Of a DNA stretch of 64,000 nucleotides, positions 25,084 to 36,958 are shown piece by piece. The notes beneath the pieces were generated by a model, which did no database searches, was not told the DNA's origin, and saw only the letters and a program-made list of their open reading frames with translations. A program made the translations under genes and the position numbers. The number at the start of each line of letters is the position of its first letter. Position 1 is the stretch's first letter. Origin of the DNA: Candidatus Eiseniibacteriota bacterium (GTDB lineage Bacteria; Eisenbacteria; RBG-16-71-46); contig JBGAML010000012.1 of NCBI GenBank assembly GCA_044223005.1, positions 88,392-152,391 on the forward strand. Reading direction: 5' to 3'.

Positions 25084-28000
25084 TCAGCGGAGCACGCAGA
25101 TCCGTTCGCGGCGCCGCTCGCTCCCCTGCACCAGCTGCACGAAGTAGAGCCCCGCGCGCAGCGGCTGGCCGCCGGTGAGCTCGACGGTGTGCCGCCCCGC
25201 GGGCAGCGTGCCGAGATCGCGCGCGAGCACGCGCCGGCCGCCCACCTCGTAGAGCTCGACGCGCGCGGGCGCCGCGGAGGCGACCGTGACGTCCAGCGCC
25301 AGCACCGCGCCCGTGATCGGGTTCGCCCCACGCAGCGCGATCGCCAGCGCGAGCGGTGGGCCGAGCACCGGGATCTGCGCCGCGCCCAGCTGCGCCGCGA
25401 CGCTCTCGTTGCCGTTCTGGTCCACCGCGGTGAGCGCGTACGCCGCGCCCTCCCCCGGGGCCGGGTCCACGAAGCCGGTGTCGGGCTGCTGCGCGACCAG
25501 CGTCGCGCCCGACGGCGCGACGTGGTCGCCGCTACCGCGGTAGAGCCGATAGAGTGCGAAGTCGGGCTCGTGGTTGGCGCCCCAGTGCAAGTGGGCGGCG
25601 CCCGATTCGATGCGCGCGGAGAACGGCGCGGGCGAGGCCGGCGGGAAGTTGTCGACCGAGTAGCCCGAGTCCGGCGCCGAGTCGAAGAACACGCTGGGCG
25701 TGCTCGTGCGGGCGCTGACCATGTACGTCGCCCAGTGCGTGCCGGCCGCGTTCGAGTCGCGCAGCGTCGGGACCACCGCCGTGTAGAGCGTCTCCGCGCG
25801 CGCGTCGAACGTGCCGACCTGGTCCCAGCCCGCGAGTGCGGCGCCGTCGGGCCGCGCCTGCGCCGCGCTCGCACCGGCGTCGACGCGGCGGTAGACGCCG
25901 TAGGCCTGCACCGGCGTGGCGATGCCGGCCACGTCGAGCGTGCTCGCGCGCACGGTGAGCCGCACCTGCCGCCCCTGGTCGGCGGGCAGGTCGAGTACCG
26001 AGACGATCACCGGCAACGATGCCGGCACGACGCGATGCACGAGGCTGCCCGAGGCGCTGCCGCCGAACCGCGTGGAGCCGAGATAGGACGCGCGGATCGT
26101 GTGCACGCCGGCCGGAATCGTGGTCACGTCCGCCAGCGTCGCGACGCCGTCCACCAGCGGCACGGGCGAGAGCAACGGAGCGCCGTCCAGCTGGAACTGC
26201 ACGATGCCGGTGACGTCGTAGATCGACGGGTACTCGCTCGTGACGGTGGCGGTGAACGTCTTGGGGGCCGTCACGCTCGTCGGCGACGCCGTGCCGGCGA
26301 TCGCGGTGCGCGTCAGCCCCGGCGAGACGGTGATGCCGACGTCGGTGGCCGTACTCGGCATCGCCGCCACCGAGCCCAGGTAGCGCGCGCCGATCGTGTG
26401 CGCACCGACGTCGAGGTCGGCGCCGCCCCGGAACGAGGCCTGGCGGTTCACCAGCGCGACCGGCGCCCCCCAGTCGGTGCCGTCGAGCACGAACTGCACG
26501 GAGCCGCTCGGGACCGCGTTCGCGTTCGCCAGTGATGCGACGGCCGCGGAGAAGTCGCGCACTTCGTTGAGCCGGCCGATCGTGGGGTACGCGAAGAGCG
26601 TGGTCGTCGTCAGGTCCGGCCCGGAGTGGATCGCGATCGGCGGCGAGACGCTGCCGAACAGGTTCGTGCTGCCCGAGTAGACCGCGCGCAGGACGTGATC
26701 GCCCACCGCGAGCGAGATCCCGGAGATCCGCACGGCGCTGCCGCTCAGCACGCCGGCGTAGTTCGTCGCGACGCCGTCGACTTCGAGCTGGATGGTGCCG
26801 CTCACCGGCAGGCCGGGCGAGTGGACCGATCGTACCGAAACGTCGACGCTGAAGACCGCGCCGGCCGAGATGCTCTGCGACGGGCCGACCATCGTCGTCC
26901 GGCTCGAATCCCGGTCCACCGTGTAGAAGAGGGTGTCCGAAGCGGAAGGCAGGAAGTTGCCGTCACCGGCATAGCCGGCGACGAGCCGGTGCACACCTGC
27001 GTTCAGGACGCCGGCCGCGATGTTGCCGGTGGCGTGCCCGTTCGAGAGCACACCCTGGGCCACCACGCTGCCGCCGTCGTAGAAGCCCACGGCGCCGCTC
27101 GCGTTCGCGGGCACCATCGTGGCGTTCAGGGTCACGGCGCCGCCGTAGACGATCGTGGTCGGCGTCGCGATGAACGTCAGCGACGTCGGCGTCCCCGCAC
27201 GCACGAACAAGGTCACGGGACTGCTCGTGACGGGAGGGAAGTTCGCGTCGCCGTTGTACTGCGCGACCAGGTAGTGATTGCCCTGCGTGAACGCGTAGGC
27301 CGCCTGCACCGCGCCCAGGACGAGCGTGTGGGTGCCGAGCAGCGCGCCGCCATCCCGCAGCGTGACCGTCCCGGTGGCGGTCGGCGGCGACATCACGACA
27401 CTGAGCGTCACGAGCTGCTGCGTGCCCGCCGGATTCGGGGACACCGTGAACGTGAGAACGGCGTTCCGGTTGAACACGCTGGAGAGCAGGGACACCGTGT
27501 TCGCGCCACTGTTCGCGCTCACCAGCGACACGCCGCTCACGCCCGCGAAGCTCCCGACGCCGATGCCCCACGCGCCGCTCCCGGCCGAGATCACGCGCCG
27601 ATCCGGGAAATGGCCTGTACCATTCCCGAAGACCAGCGAGACCTGGCCGGCGCCGGGGTTGGAGACGAGTGCGTCGAGGGCCCCGTCGAGATCGAAATCG
27701 CCCGTCACGATCTGCTGCGGGCTGGTGCCCGCATCGGAGAGGACCGGGGCGGCGAAGCCGCCGGCGTGGTCGCCCGCGAGGTATGCGACTTCGCCGATGC
27801 CACTCACGCAGACGACCGCATCGAGATCGCCATCGTGGTCCACGTCGACCAGCGCGATGCCCTGGGGAGTGCCTCCGGTCGAGTAGCTGCCCGAGAAGTA
27901 GAAGTCGCCTGTGCCATCCCCGCCCAGCACGGCGATGCTCCCGGCTCCGCCATCCGCAACGACGAGGTCGGAGTTCCCGTCCCCGTCGAGGTCTCCGGCC

Positions 28001-28575
28001 GCGATGCCGTTCAGTGCCGTCGAGTACGCGTCCGCGAAGCGGCGGCGGCCGAGCGCGCCAGCACCATCGCCGAACAGCAGCGCCACGACAGCGCGCGACT
28101 GGACGGTCGCCGCGACGTCCACGTGCCCGTCGCCGTCCCAGTCACCCGTGGCCAGCGAGGTCGGAGCGCCGCCCGCATCGACGTCCACGTGCTCCGCGAA
28201 CGTGCCGTTCCCCAGATTGTGCAGGATCGACACCGTGCGGCCCCACGAGTTCGCGACGACGAGGTCGGGATGGCCGTCGGCGTCCAGGTCGAGCGCGACC
28301 ACGGCGGCCGGCCCGTTCCCGGTGGCGTAGTCCACCTTGCCCGCCAGGCCACCGTCGACACCCTTGAGCACGGAGACCGTGGCGGCCTGGGTGTTCGCGG
28401 TGACCACGTCGAGCTTGCCGTCACCGTCGAGGTCGGCGACCACGAGGCCCGTGGGTCCGGTGCCGGTGGGGTAGTCGACCCGCGTCGCGCGGGCAGCGAC
28501 CGGTGCGAGCATCGCGAACGCGACAAGCGCGAATGCGATCGCGAGGTGGCGGAGCATGGGGCGGTGGAATCGCAT
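25084..28575 (-). CDS. Secreted FG-GAP/VCBS beta-propeller protein with about five Big_3-type Ig domains and a T9SS-A-like C-terminal domain
   Basis: Repeated DLDGDG..D(L/V)VV motifs and repeated G.H...A.Y.GD..F..S Ig motifs. C-terminal YEVGGRRV...AGLYFVQL. N-terminal signal peptide. Confidence 0.88.
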   Translation of the reverse strand: MRFHRPMLRHLAIAFALVAFAMLAPVAARATRVDYPTGTGPTGLVVADLDGDGKLDVVTANTQAATVSVLKGVDGGLAGKVDYATGNGPAAVVALDLDADGHPDLVVANSWGRTVSILHNLGNGTFAEHVDVDAGGAPTSLATGDWDGDGHVDVAATVQSRAVVALLFGDGAGALGRRRFADAYSTALNGIAAGDLDGDGNSDLVVADGGAGSIAVLGGDGTGDFYFSGSYSTGGTPQGIALVDVDHDGDLDAVVCVSGIGEVAYLAGDHAGGFAAPVLSDAGTSPQQIVTGDFDLDGALDALVSNPGAGQVSLVFGNGTGHFPDRRVISAGSGAWGIGVGSFAGVSGVSLVSANSGANTVSLLSSVFNRNAVLTFTVSPNPAGTQQLVTLSVVMSPPTATGTVTLRDGGALLGTHTLVLGAVQAAYAFTQGNHYLVAQYNGDANFPPVTSSPVTLFVRAGTPTSLTFIATPTTIVYGGAVTLNATMVPANASGAVGFYDGGSVVAQGVLSNGHATGNIAAGVLNAGVHRLVAGYAGDGNFLPSASDTLFYTVDRDSSRTTMVGPSQSISAGAVFSVDVSVRSVHSPGLPVSGTIQLEVDGVATNYAGVLSGSAVRISGISLAVGDHVLRAVYSGSTNLFGSVSPPIAIHSGPDLTTTTLFAYPTIGRLNEVRDFSAAVASLANANAVPSGSVQFVLDGTDWGAPVALVNRQASFRGGADLDVGAHTIGARYLGSVAAMPSTATDVGITVSPGLTRTAIAGTASPTSVTAPKTFTATVTSEYPSIYDVTGIVQFQLDGAPLLSPVPLVDGVATLADVTTIPAGVHTIRASYLGSTRFGGSASGSLVHRVVPASLPVIVSVLDLPADQGRQVRLTVRASTLDVAGIATPVQAYGVYRRVDAGASAAQARPDGAALAGWDQVGTFDARAETLYTAVVPTLRDSNAAGTHWATYMVSARTSTPSVFFDSAPDSGYSVDNFPPASPAPFSARIESGAAHLHWGANHEPDFALYRLYRGSGDHVAPSGATLVAQQPDTGFVDPAPGEGAAYALTAVDQNGNESVAAQLGAAQIPVLGPPLALAIALRGANPITGAVLALDVTVASAAPARVELYEVGGRRVLARDLGTLPAGRHTVELTGGQPLRAGLYFVQLVQGSERRRERICVLR

Positions 28576-28764
28576 GGCTTCTCCCTCCGCGCGCGTGGCG
28601 CATGCGGCGGCCGGCCGAGGGGGACGCGGGCGCGGACGTGCCGTGGGGTCGATCGAGCACTCCGAAGCGTCGAGCCTAGCACCCCGATCGCACGCGTGCC
28701 CGCGCCGTTTCCCCGCGCGAGTCGCGGGGCGGGCGTGGCGCCCGCCCCGCCGCGTCGCGTCGCC

Positions 28765-29535
28765 TCAGCCCTGCGCTTCGCCGAGCCGCTGCGCGAGCCG
28801 GTCGAGGTCGAGCGCGCCGCCGAGTGCTGCGAGCCGCCGGAGCGCCTCGTCCCGCGCGTCGACGATCGCGTAAGCCTCGTCGCAGAAGCGCTCGAAGAAC
28901 GCCCACGTCATCGGCTGGCGCTTCCCCCACGTCACGCACACGGGGCCCTTCCGCGTGTAGCCGACCACGTAGACGTAGTGCCCGCCCACGGGCGTGGGAT
29001 CGCGCTTCGACACGTCCCACGGCCGGCCCTCGTCGAACTGCGCGAGCGCGTCCGCGGGCAGCAGCAGGCCGATGCCGATCCCGGCCTGCATCACGATCGC
29101 GCGTTTCACCTCGGCCCGGCTCGCGCGCCCCACCTCGGTGAATGCGGCGATCCGGTACGTGCGGCCCGCGGCCTCCCAGCCGCGGGTGCGCCAGGCCTTG
29201 AGCGAATCGAGCACCACGAGCCCGTCCTCGGTGTTCCCGTTCTCGAGCCGCCACTCGCGCAGCACGTCGGCCGTCGAGATCGCGAGTTTCCTCGATTGCT
29301 CGATCCACTCGAAGCGGAGCGTCTGGTGCGCACGGCCCGCGATCACGCAGTCGCCGTGCACGTCGTTGCCGAACATCGGCGTCGGGATCGCGACGTGCTC
29401 CGTGTCGAAGTCCCACTCCGCCGGCAGGCGCGGCGCCTTCCGCACCAGCTCCGCGAACGCGATGTTGCGGGCGTCGCGCCTCGCGGGCAGCTTGCCCATG
29501 CGGACGCGTGAACCCGAACGTTGCTTCCTCGGCAT
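28765..29535 (-). CDS. Putative papain-fold cysteine peptidase-like protein
   Basis: GAGGAGG RBS. Motifs GND..GDCVIA (Cys), GGHYVYVVGY (His), VTWG and MTW.F...CDEAYA. Confidence 0.6.
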   Translation of the reverse strand: MPRKQRSGSRVRMGKLPARRDARNIAFAELVRKAPRLPAEWDFDTEHVAIPTPMFGNDVHGDCVIAGRAHQTLRFEWIEQSRKLAISTADVLREWRLENGNTEDGLVVLDSLKAWRTRGWEAAGRTYRIAAFTEVGRASRAEVKRAIVMQAGIGIGLLLPADALAQFDEGRPWDVSKRDPTPVGGHYVYVVGYTRKGPVCVTWGKRQPMTWAFFERFCDEAYAIVDARDEALRRLAALGGALDLDRLAQRLGEAQG

Positions 29536-29673
29536 GACGAACCTCCTCGCGCATGCCACGGTCCTTCGGGGGCCGCCGCCCGTCGGGGTCGGGCGTAACC
29601 GAGCTACGCGCCGAGGCGCGGAAGGTTGCGGGGAATCGCGGGCGGCGCGTCGGACGAGCGGCGCGGGGGCGCG

Positions 29674-31122
<1,449 letters not shown>

Positions 31123-31124
31123 GT

Positions 31125-32633
31125 TCAGTACTGGGCGAGCGCGCCCGTCTTGCCGTTGAACTCGTCGATCATCGCGTCCCACTGCGGGATCGCGTCGCGC
31201 AGCGAACGCCAGAACGACTGGTCGTGACGCGCGGTGAAGTCCTCGATCGACACGCCGCGCTGCTCGACCCACGTGTAGTAGCCGAGGTTGAAGATGCGGC
31301 GGCGGTCCTGCTCGGTGAGCTCGAGCACGTGGTCGGCGTGCGCGCCGTAGAGCCAGCGCTCGGCGACGGCCTCGGCCGCGCGGGCATCGAAGCCCCTCGG
31401 GAAGTCGCGCTGGAGCGCCTTCTCGTGCTCGCTCGAGTACATCATGTCGCCGTCGGTCGCGACCGTGATCACGGCGTCGTCCGCGCCCAGGCCCAGCCGG
31501 CGCGCGGTCTTGATGGCGCCGAGGACGTTGCAGATGCTCGAGAGCCCGAAGCTCGACAGCGCCTCGAGCAACTCCGGCGCGACGCCGTGGCGCGCGCGCA
31601 GGTACTCGCGGCCCTCGGGCGTGCTGAACACGAGCCCGAGCTGGTCGGTCGCCTGGTCGGAGATCGCGACCACGAGGTCGGTGTTCATCACGTTGTGGAT
31701 GAGCGGCACGTGCTTGTCGCCGATGCCCTGGATGTTGTGGTCGCCGAAGCCGTTCTCGAGCAGCGTCGGGCACTCGAGCGCCTCGGCCGCCACGATGCGC
31801 GTGCCGTACGTATCCTTGAGGTGGTCACCGGCCGCGATCGTGCCCGCCGAGCCCGTCGCGGACACGAAGCCCGCGAGCCGCAGGTGCGGGTGGCTCTTGC
31901 GCACGTGCTCGTAGACGTGCGCCAGCGCCGTGCCGGTGACGCGGTAGTGGCCGAGGTGGTTCGCGTACTCGCTGAACTGGTTCAGGATCACGTTGGCCGG
32001 ATCCTTCTCGAGCAGCGCGCACTCGTCGTAGATCTCCTTGACGTTGCTCTCGCAGCCGGGCGTCCGGATGATGTCCTTGGGATCCAGCACCCAGCGATCG
32101 AGCCACGCGAAGCGCTCGGCGCTCATGTTCTCGGGCAGCACGGCCACGCCGCGGCAGTTCATGATCCGCGAGATCGCGACGCCGCCGCGGCAGTAGTTGC
32201 CCGTCGACGGCCACACGGCGCGCTGCGTCGTGGGGTCGTAGCGGCCCGTCACCACGCGCGGCGCGAGGCACGCGTAAGCGGCGAGCACCTTGTGCGCATG
32301 GATCATCGGGAAGCGGTCGCCGAACGCCACGAGGATCGGCGCATCGACGCCCGTCAGGCTCTTCGGCAGCACGACGTGCTCGGGCACCGCGGCGCGCGCG
32401 CGGCGCGAAGCGTCGTTGTACCAGTGCACGCGGAAGAGGTTGAGCGGATGCGCGGCGTCGGGATCGACCGAGGCGAGAGCCGACGTGATGCCGGCGGGGA
32501 TGCGCGTGGGGTCGGCGAGCTGCGCGAACGTCGGCAGCGCGATCTTCGCCTCCCGGAAACGGCTCACGGCATGGTCGTAGGTACCACGGTCGGCGATGGC
32601 GGTCTCGAGACCGCCGGGGGCAATCGTGCTCAC
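31125..32633 (-). CDS. PLP-dependent fold-type II enzyme ('PLP-dependent protein subunit beta' type)
   Basis: Motifs FPMIHAHKV (PLP Lys), [32 protein letters not shown] and [10 protein letters not shown]. Confidence 0.85.
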   Translation of the reverse strand: MSTIAPGGLETAIADRGTYDHAVSRFREAKIALPTFAQLADPTRIPAGITSALASVDPDAAHPLNLFRVHWYNDASRRARAAVPEHVVLPKSLTGVDAPILVAFGDRFPMIHAHKVLAAYACLAPRVVTGRYDPTTQRAVWPSTGNYCRGGVAISRIMNCRGVAVLPENMSAERFAWLDRWVLDPKDIIRTPGCESNVKEIYDECALLEKDPANVILNQFSEYANHLGHYRVTGTALAHVYEHVRKSHPHLRLAGFVSATGSAGTIAAGDHLKDTYGTRIVAAEALECPTLLENGFGDHNIQGIGDKHVPLIHNVMNTDLVVAISDQATDQLGLVFSTPEGREYLRARHGVAPELLEALSSFGLSSICNVLGAIKTARRLGLGADDAVITVATDGDMMYSSEHEKALQRDFPRGFDARAAEAVAERWLYGAHADHVLELTEQDRRRIFNLGYYTWVEQRGVSIEDFTARHDQSFWRSLRDAIPQWDAMIDEFNGKTGALAQY

Positions 32634-32793
32634 GGGAGTGTTCGCTCCTCGGGGAAAAGTCGGGTGGAATGCTGCGAAAGTGCGCCGACCATAGCATCCG
32701 GCAACCCCCGCCTCCGATGGTCCGTTAGGCGGCCCCGTGCGAGCCGATTCGCGGAACGCACGGCCCGCGAACGCGTTGGCGGCTCTCTCCCGC

Positions 32794-34329
32794 TCAGCGA
32801 ACGTCGGCCGTCCGCCTCCACTCGCCCGTCTCGTCGACGATCGTGTAGCTCGAGAGGTGCTTGCGGCCCTCGCGGCACACGAACCGGACGCCCTCCATCA
32901 GCGCCTGGAACTCGCGCTCGGTCGTGACCGGCGAGAACCCGACGCGCACCCAGCCGGGCTTGACGCCGCAGTGGCCCTGTTCGAGCAGCGCGCGGATGCC
33001 GCGCGAGACGTCGTCGTCGATGTGCAGCAGCTCGTGCCCGTAGGGCCCGGCGCACATGCAGCCGCCGCGCACCTGGACGCCGAAGAAGTCGTTGAGCAGC
33101 GCGACCACGAAGTTGTGGTGCAGGCCGCGGAAGATCATCGACACCACGCCCAGCCGCTCGACCTCGAGGTTGCCCAGGATCTCGATCCCGCTCTCGCGGG
33201 TCCATTCGGCGAGCGCGCGGCGCAGGTAGTCGTGCTCGACGCGATGCATGCGCTCGGACCCGATCGCGGCCTTGAGGTCGAACGCGAGCCCCGCCTGGAT
33301 GCTGCCCACCACGGGCGGCGTGCCGCCCGTCTCGCGGTGCGAGGTCTGCGTCAGGTAGACGTGCTCGGTGGGCGACGTGTAGAGCACCGTGCCGCCGCCC
33401 GGCTCGGAGGGCACGCGGTTCGAGAACAGCGAGCGGTGCGCGACCAGCAGCCCCGGCGTGCGCGGGCCGCCGAGGAACTTGTGCACCGAGAGGAACACCG
33501 CGTCGAGCCGCGCGTCCTCGTCCGGCGTGCCGTCCGCGCGGCGCGGGTGCATGTCGATGTCCACGTACGGGCCCGCCGCGGCGTAGTCGAAGAACGCCAG
33601 CGCGCCGTGCCGGTGCAGCACGCGCGCGAGCGCGTGCACATCGTTCAGGATCCCCGTCACGTTGGAGGCTGCGGAGAACGTGCCGATCTTGAGCGGTGCG
33701 TGCTTGTACTTCTCGAGCTGCGCGTCCAGGTGCTCGGGTGAGACGCGGCCGTGCTCGTCGAAATCCACGTAGACCGTCTCGGCGATCGTCTCGCGCCACG
33801 TGATGTCGTTGCTGTGGTGCTCCATGTGGCTGCGGAACACGACCGGCCGCTGGTCCCCGGGCACGAGCCGCGACATCTCGTAGCGGTCCTCCAGCTGGCT
33901 CGGGATGCGCAGCCCCATCACCTGGATCAGCCGGTTCACCGCGCCCGTCGAGCCCGAGCCCACCGGCAGCACCACGTCGTCGGGGCCCGCGTTCAGGTAC
34001 CCGCCGATGCGCCGGAACGCGCGCTCGTACCAGTGCGTCATCATTCGCCCGGTGGACGAGGTCTCGGTGTGCGTGTTGGCCATGAACGGCAGCACGCGCG
34101 TGTTCAGCGCGTCTTCCACCGAACGGTGGAAACGCCCCGAGGCGATGTAGTCGAAGTAGAGGAGCGGCTTCTCCCCCTCGGGCGTCGCCAGCGTCGCGTC
34201 CGCGCCGATCACGCCCGCGCGCAGCGATTCGAGGAAGGCGCGCTCTTCGGGCTCGCTGCCGGTGACGACCGGCGAGCAGAGCGCATCGCCGTCCAAATCC
34301 ACCAGCCGGTGCGACGGGAACGGGGACAT
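32794..34329 (-). CDS. Class V aminotransferase (cysteine desulfurase/selenocysteine lyase-like)
   Basis: Motifs [39 protein letters not shown] and [20 protein letters not shown] before MSPF. Confidence 0.85.
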   Translation of the reverse strand: MSPFPSHRLVDLDGDALCSPVVTGSEPEERAFLESLRAGVIGADATLATPEGEKPLLYFDYIASGRFHRSVEDALNTRVLPFMANTHTETSSTGRMMTHWYERAFRRIGGYLNAGPDDVVLPVGSGSTGAVNRLIQVMGLRIPSQLEDRYEMSRLVPGDQRPVVFRSHMEHHSNDITWRETIAETVYVDFDEHGRVSPEHLDAQLEKYKHAPLKIGTFSAASNVTGILNDVHALARVLHRHGALAFFDYAAAGPYVDIDMHPRRADGTPDEDARLDAVFLSVHKFLGGPRTPGLLVAHRSLFSNRVPSEPGGGTVLYTSPTEHVYLTQTSHRETGGTPPVVGSIQAGLAFDLKAAIGSERMHRVEHDYLRRALAEWTRESGIEILGNLEVERLGVVSMIFRGLHHNFVVALLNDFFGVQVRGGCMCAGPYGHELLHIDDDVSRGIRALLEQGHCGVKPGWVRVGFSPVTTEREFQALMEGVRFVCREGRKHLSSYTIVDETGEWRRTADVR

Positions 34330-34504
34330 GCGCGCCTCCATTGGAGTTCAGGACGAGAAGGCCAGCCTAGGCGTGACGGAGAGGTCCAGCAAGAGGGGCA
34401 GCTGAGGTCGGCGGTCGGCGAGGCCGATATCTGGGTTGAGGTCGCTCTGTAGTCGAAGGTCGCGAAAAGTGTTGGGCCACACACGCCATGTGACGGAGAC
34501 GGCA

Positions 34505-35173
34505 ATGAGATTGAACAGAACTCCTCTCGGGGTCCTTGCGGCATCGGTGCTGCTGATTCTTCCCTGCACGCCCCTCCCGGAGCCAATGGCCGCCGAACGA
34601 CCCGACCGACCGATCACGACTCCCGCCAAGTCCGTCATGATCATCGTCTCAGGTGGGGCGCCGCTTCTGGTTGCTCAGCGCAACGATCACCGGGTTGGAT
34701 GGCTCGCGGGCCATGAAGTCCGTGAACTTCCTGGCTGTAGTTACTCATATGGTGACGTGGGCGAAGATGACCCTGATGAGATCGCTCCGGACTCCAATGC
34801 CGTGCCCGCGAGTGACTCGGCAGCATCGGCGGATCCCATGGCGCCTGGAGACTGGCTCCCAGATGTCCACGAGTTCAAGATCCCCGACGTGTTCGCGCCT
34901 TTGTCGGGTTCCGCAGCAGGCTCGGCCCTCTTGCGTCGAGGGAAGTGCGAAATTCGGATCTCCGCCGACGGCCGAAGCTGTGAGTCCCACATTGGAGTTG
35001 AGGTCTACGCCTCGAGGTTCGGGGGCCTGCCCACTGCCAATGCGAGCGCCGACGACTCGCTTGATGCGGGCGATACGCACCGGTGGCTTGTCTCCTGGCG
35101 CTGCACGTCGTCCGGGTGCGTCACGACACTGACTCGGTTGGACCGGGCGAAGAAGCGAACAGGAACGCACTAG
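34505..35173 (+). CDS. Hypothetical exported protein (orphan, Cys-containing)
   Basis: GGAG RBS, hydrophobic N-terminus and an acidic low-complexity loop. Lower GC. Confidence 0.55.
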   Translation: MRLNRTPLGVLAASVLLILPCTPLPEPMAAERPDRPITTPAKSVMIIVSGGAPLLVAQRNDHRVGWLAGHEVRELPGCSYSYGDVGEDDPDEIAPDSNAVPASDSAASADPMAPGDWLPDVHEFKIPDVFAPLSGSAAGSALLRRGKCEIRISADGRSCESHIGVEVYASRFGGLPTANASADDSLDAGDTHRWLVSWRCTSSGCVTTLTRLDRAKKRTGTH

Positions 35174-35232
35174 GACCTCCGCATTGCCTCGATGGCAGCT
35201 CGCTTGGACCGGATTCCCAGCCTCACTGGTCT

Positions 35233-35450
35233 TCACCCCTTCTCCGCGCACGTCGCCATGAACGGAGCGATCCGCTCAGCGAGCGGATGCCCGGGCCAGC
35301 CGTCCTCGTAGAGCGCTCTCAGCTGGAAGCCTGCGTCCAGCTGGCCGCCGAGCTGGTTGTCGAGCGTGTGGCCGAACTCCAGCGGCTCACCCTTCGCGCG
35401 CATCTGCTCGATCCGCGCCGCGTCGCGCGCTTCGAGGTCGGAGTACGGCA
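35233..35450 (-). pseudogene. Duplicated 3' fragment of the SAM-dependent methyltransferase gene
   Basis: Encodes PYSDLEARDAARIEQMRAKGEPLEFGHTLD...FMATCAEK, nearly identical to the C-terminus of 36959-37726. Confidence 0.85.
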
Positions 35451-35673
35451 CGCGATTCACCCCCGACCGATCGGCATTCTCCATATCAGCATCGCGGTGA
35501 AAGCCCAACCGACCTTCGCCATACCGGTCGACCCTTGGGCATGCGTGCTCGAGGCGCGGGTGCAGCCGCCCGGCCTATTTGGCCCGGCTGGAGTGATCAA
35601 CTCCTCGCCCACGACCTGCCAGTGCCCCGGCCGTTGCATGTCAACGCCACCCACACCCGGCCCTCCCGGGCAC

Positions 35674-36585
35674 CTAACGCCCCGAGCTTGAGAACCGCAC
35701 GATCGCCAGTTCCTGAGCCCCCGAGGACGCAGTGAACACCACGACCGCATATCCTCGCTCGCATGACACTGCGCCCTCGCCGGGCTCATTGAACGGGGCG
35801 AATCGATACGTGCGCTTCGCGCCACTCTTGCGTTCCACGATTTCAACGAAACCGTTTCCAATCGCATACAGCTCGCGCCCGCTTGAAGTCATTCTCACGT
35901 AGTTTCCGATGAGCGCAGGCACCGGCGTAGGTGCTCCGAAGCTGCGTCCATCTTTCACGGCACGAGCAATCATGTAGTGATCGCCCTGGGAATCGGAGCG
36001 GCACAGCAGGAGTTCTCCGGTCTCCGGACTCCAGTCGATCGGGGTCACGACCTCGCCGATCTTCGGTTTGAGCGGTTCCCAGTTCCGCGTACCTGCGAGG
36101 TCGCCGACCCATACGCCGTCGTCCTGCTTCCAGCACACACGCTTTCCCGTCGCAGTCCACACTGGGTTGAATTGGTCGCGCCGGCTTGCGTAGATCTGGT
36201 GCGAGTCCATGCCCTTCAGATCGACCACCCAAATCCCAAAAGTGCTTCTTTCGCCTCTTTGTCCATTGCTGTAGTAAAGAAGGTCTCGCCCATCCCTGCT
36301 CCACATGGGCCGGTGAGCCCCCAGGTTCGCCGTCACCAGCCGGGTGTGTTGCCGTCCAACCTCGTAGACACGGATTCCGTCGGCAGCTACGTACGCGATT
36401 GCGTCCCCATCGCCGCTGATTGCTGGCTCTCCGCCGACGCCCACCTGCATCGTGTCAAGGCGGCTGCCGTCCCCAAGCCATCCGGCCCATCGCTCATTCG
36501 CGGATGCCGCACCCGTCGGCTCAACGGCCACACCGATCGTGCACAGCAAGGCGCCAACCGCCAACGCGCGACTCGACCTGCGCAT
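35674..36585 (-). CDS. Secreted TolB/PD40-like beta-propeller protein
   Basis: Signal peptide and repeats PAISGDG, PMWSRDG, PVWTATG and IDWSPETG. Lower GC. Confidence 0.7.
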   Translation of the reverse strand: MRRSSRALAVGALLCTIGVAVEPTGAASANERWAGWLGDGSRLDTMQVGVGGEPAISGDGDAIAYVAADGIRVYEVGRQHTRLVTANLGAHRPMWSRDGRDLLYYSNGQRGERSTFGIWVVDLKGMDSHQIYASRRDQFNPVWTATGKRVCWKQDDGVWVGDLAGTRNWEPLKPKIGEVVTPIDWSPETGELLLCRSDSQGDHYMIARAVKDGRSFGAPTPVPALIGNYVRMTSSGRELYAIGNGFVEIVERKSGAKRTYRFAPFNEPGEGAVSCERGYAVVVFTASSGAQELAIVRFSSSGR

Positions 36586-36601
36586 GTCCTCAACCTCCGC
36601 A

Positions 36602-36955
36602 TTAGGGAATGGAGGCTTCGCCTCCGACGCGGCGCGTCAGTGCCGTCCTCACAGATCCACGTGACAGCCGCGCCACTCGATACGCCAGCGTGGTTCGTTC
36701 TGTGCCGTCCCGGACTTCAGCAACCCCTCCCGCCAGATGCGAACCGTCACAGGTGAATCGTCTTCCCGGCAACCTCAACACTAGCACCCGACTTGCCTCT
36801 GGCCGCCGTGCAGTTGTCATCCGTACGACGCACGTCCCTCGCGCCAGTCGCTCACCACTCAGCACCTCGACATTCCAGGTGGAGCAGCGTGCGAGAGGCG
36901 CGGTTGGGGCCCGGCTAAGCCGGGATCGCAACACGCACCGTTGGCTCCAGCACAC
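36602..36955 (-). CDS. Possible hypothetical protein or gene remnant
   Basis: The ORF fills the gap between the methyltransferase stop and the propeller gene. No clear RBS. Confidence 0.25.
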   Translation of the reverse strand: MCWSQRCVLRSRLSRAPTAPLARCSTWNVEVLSGERLARGTCVVRMTTARRPEASRVLVLRLPGRRFTCDGSHLAGGVAEVRDGTERTTLAYRVARLSRGSVRTALTRRVGGEASIP

Positions 36956-36958
36956 GCC

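Larger units (their letters stand above)
34350..36958. mobile_element. Lower-GC inserted region carrying orphan genes; no integrase or transposase
   Basis: Visibly more A/T and atypical codon usage than the flanks. Contains a duplicated gene 3' end. Left boundary approximate. Confidence 0.5.

Noticed and set aside
35665..35690. GTTAGGT/ACCTAAC as an integron attC core (also GTTAGGC near 32724)
   Set aside because: No paired R''/R' boxes with a stem between them, and no integron integrase in the window.
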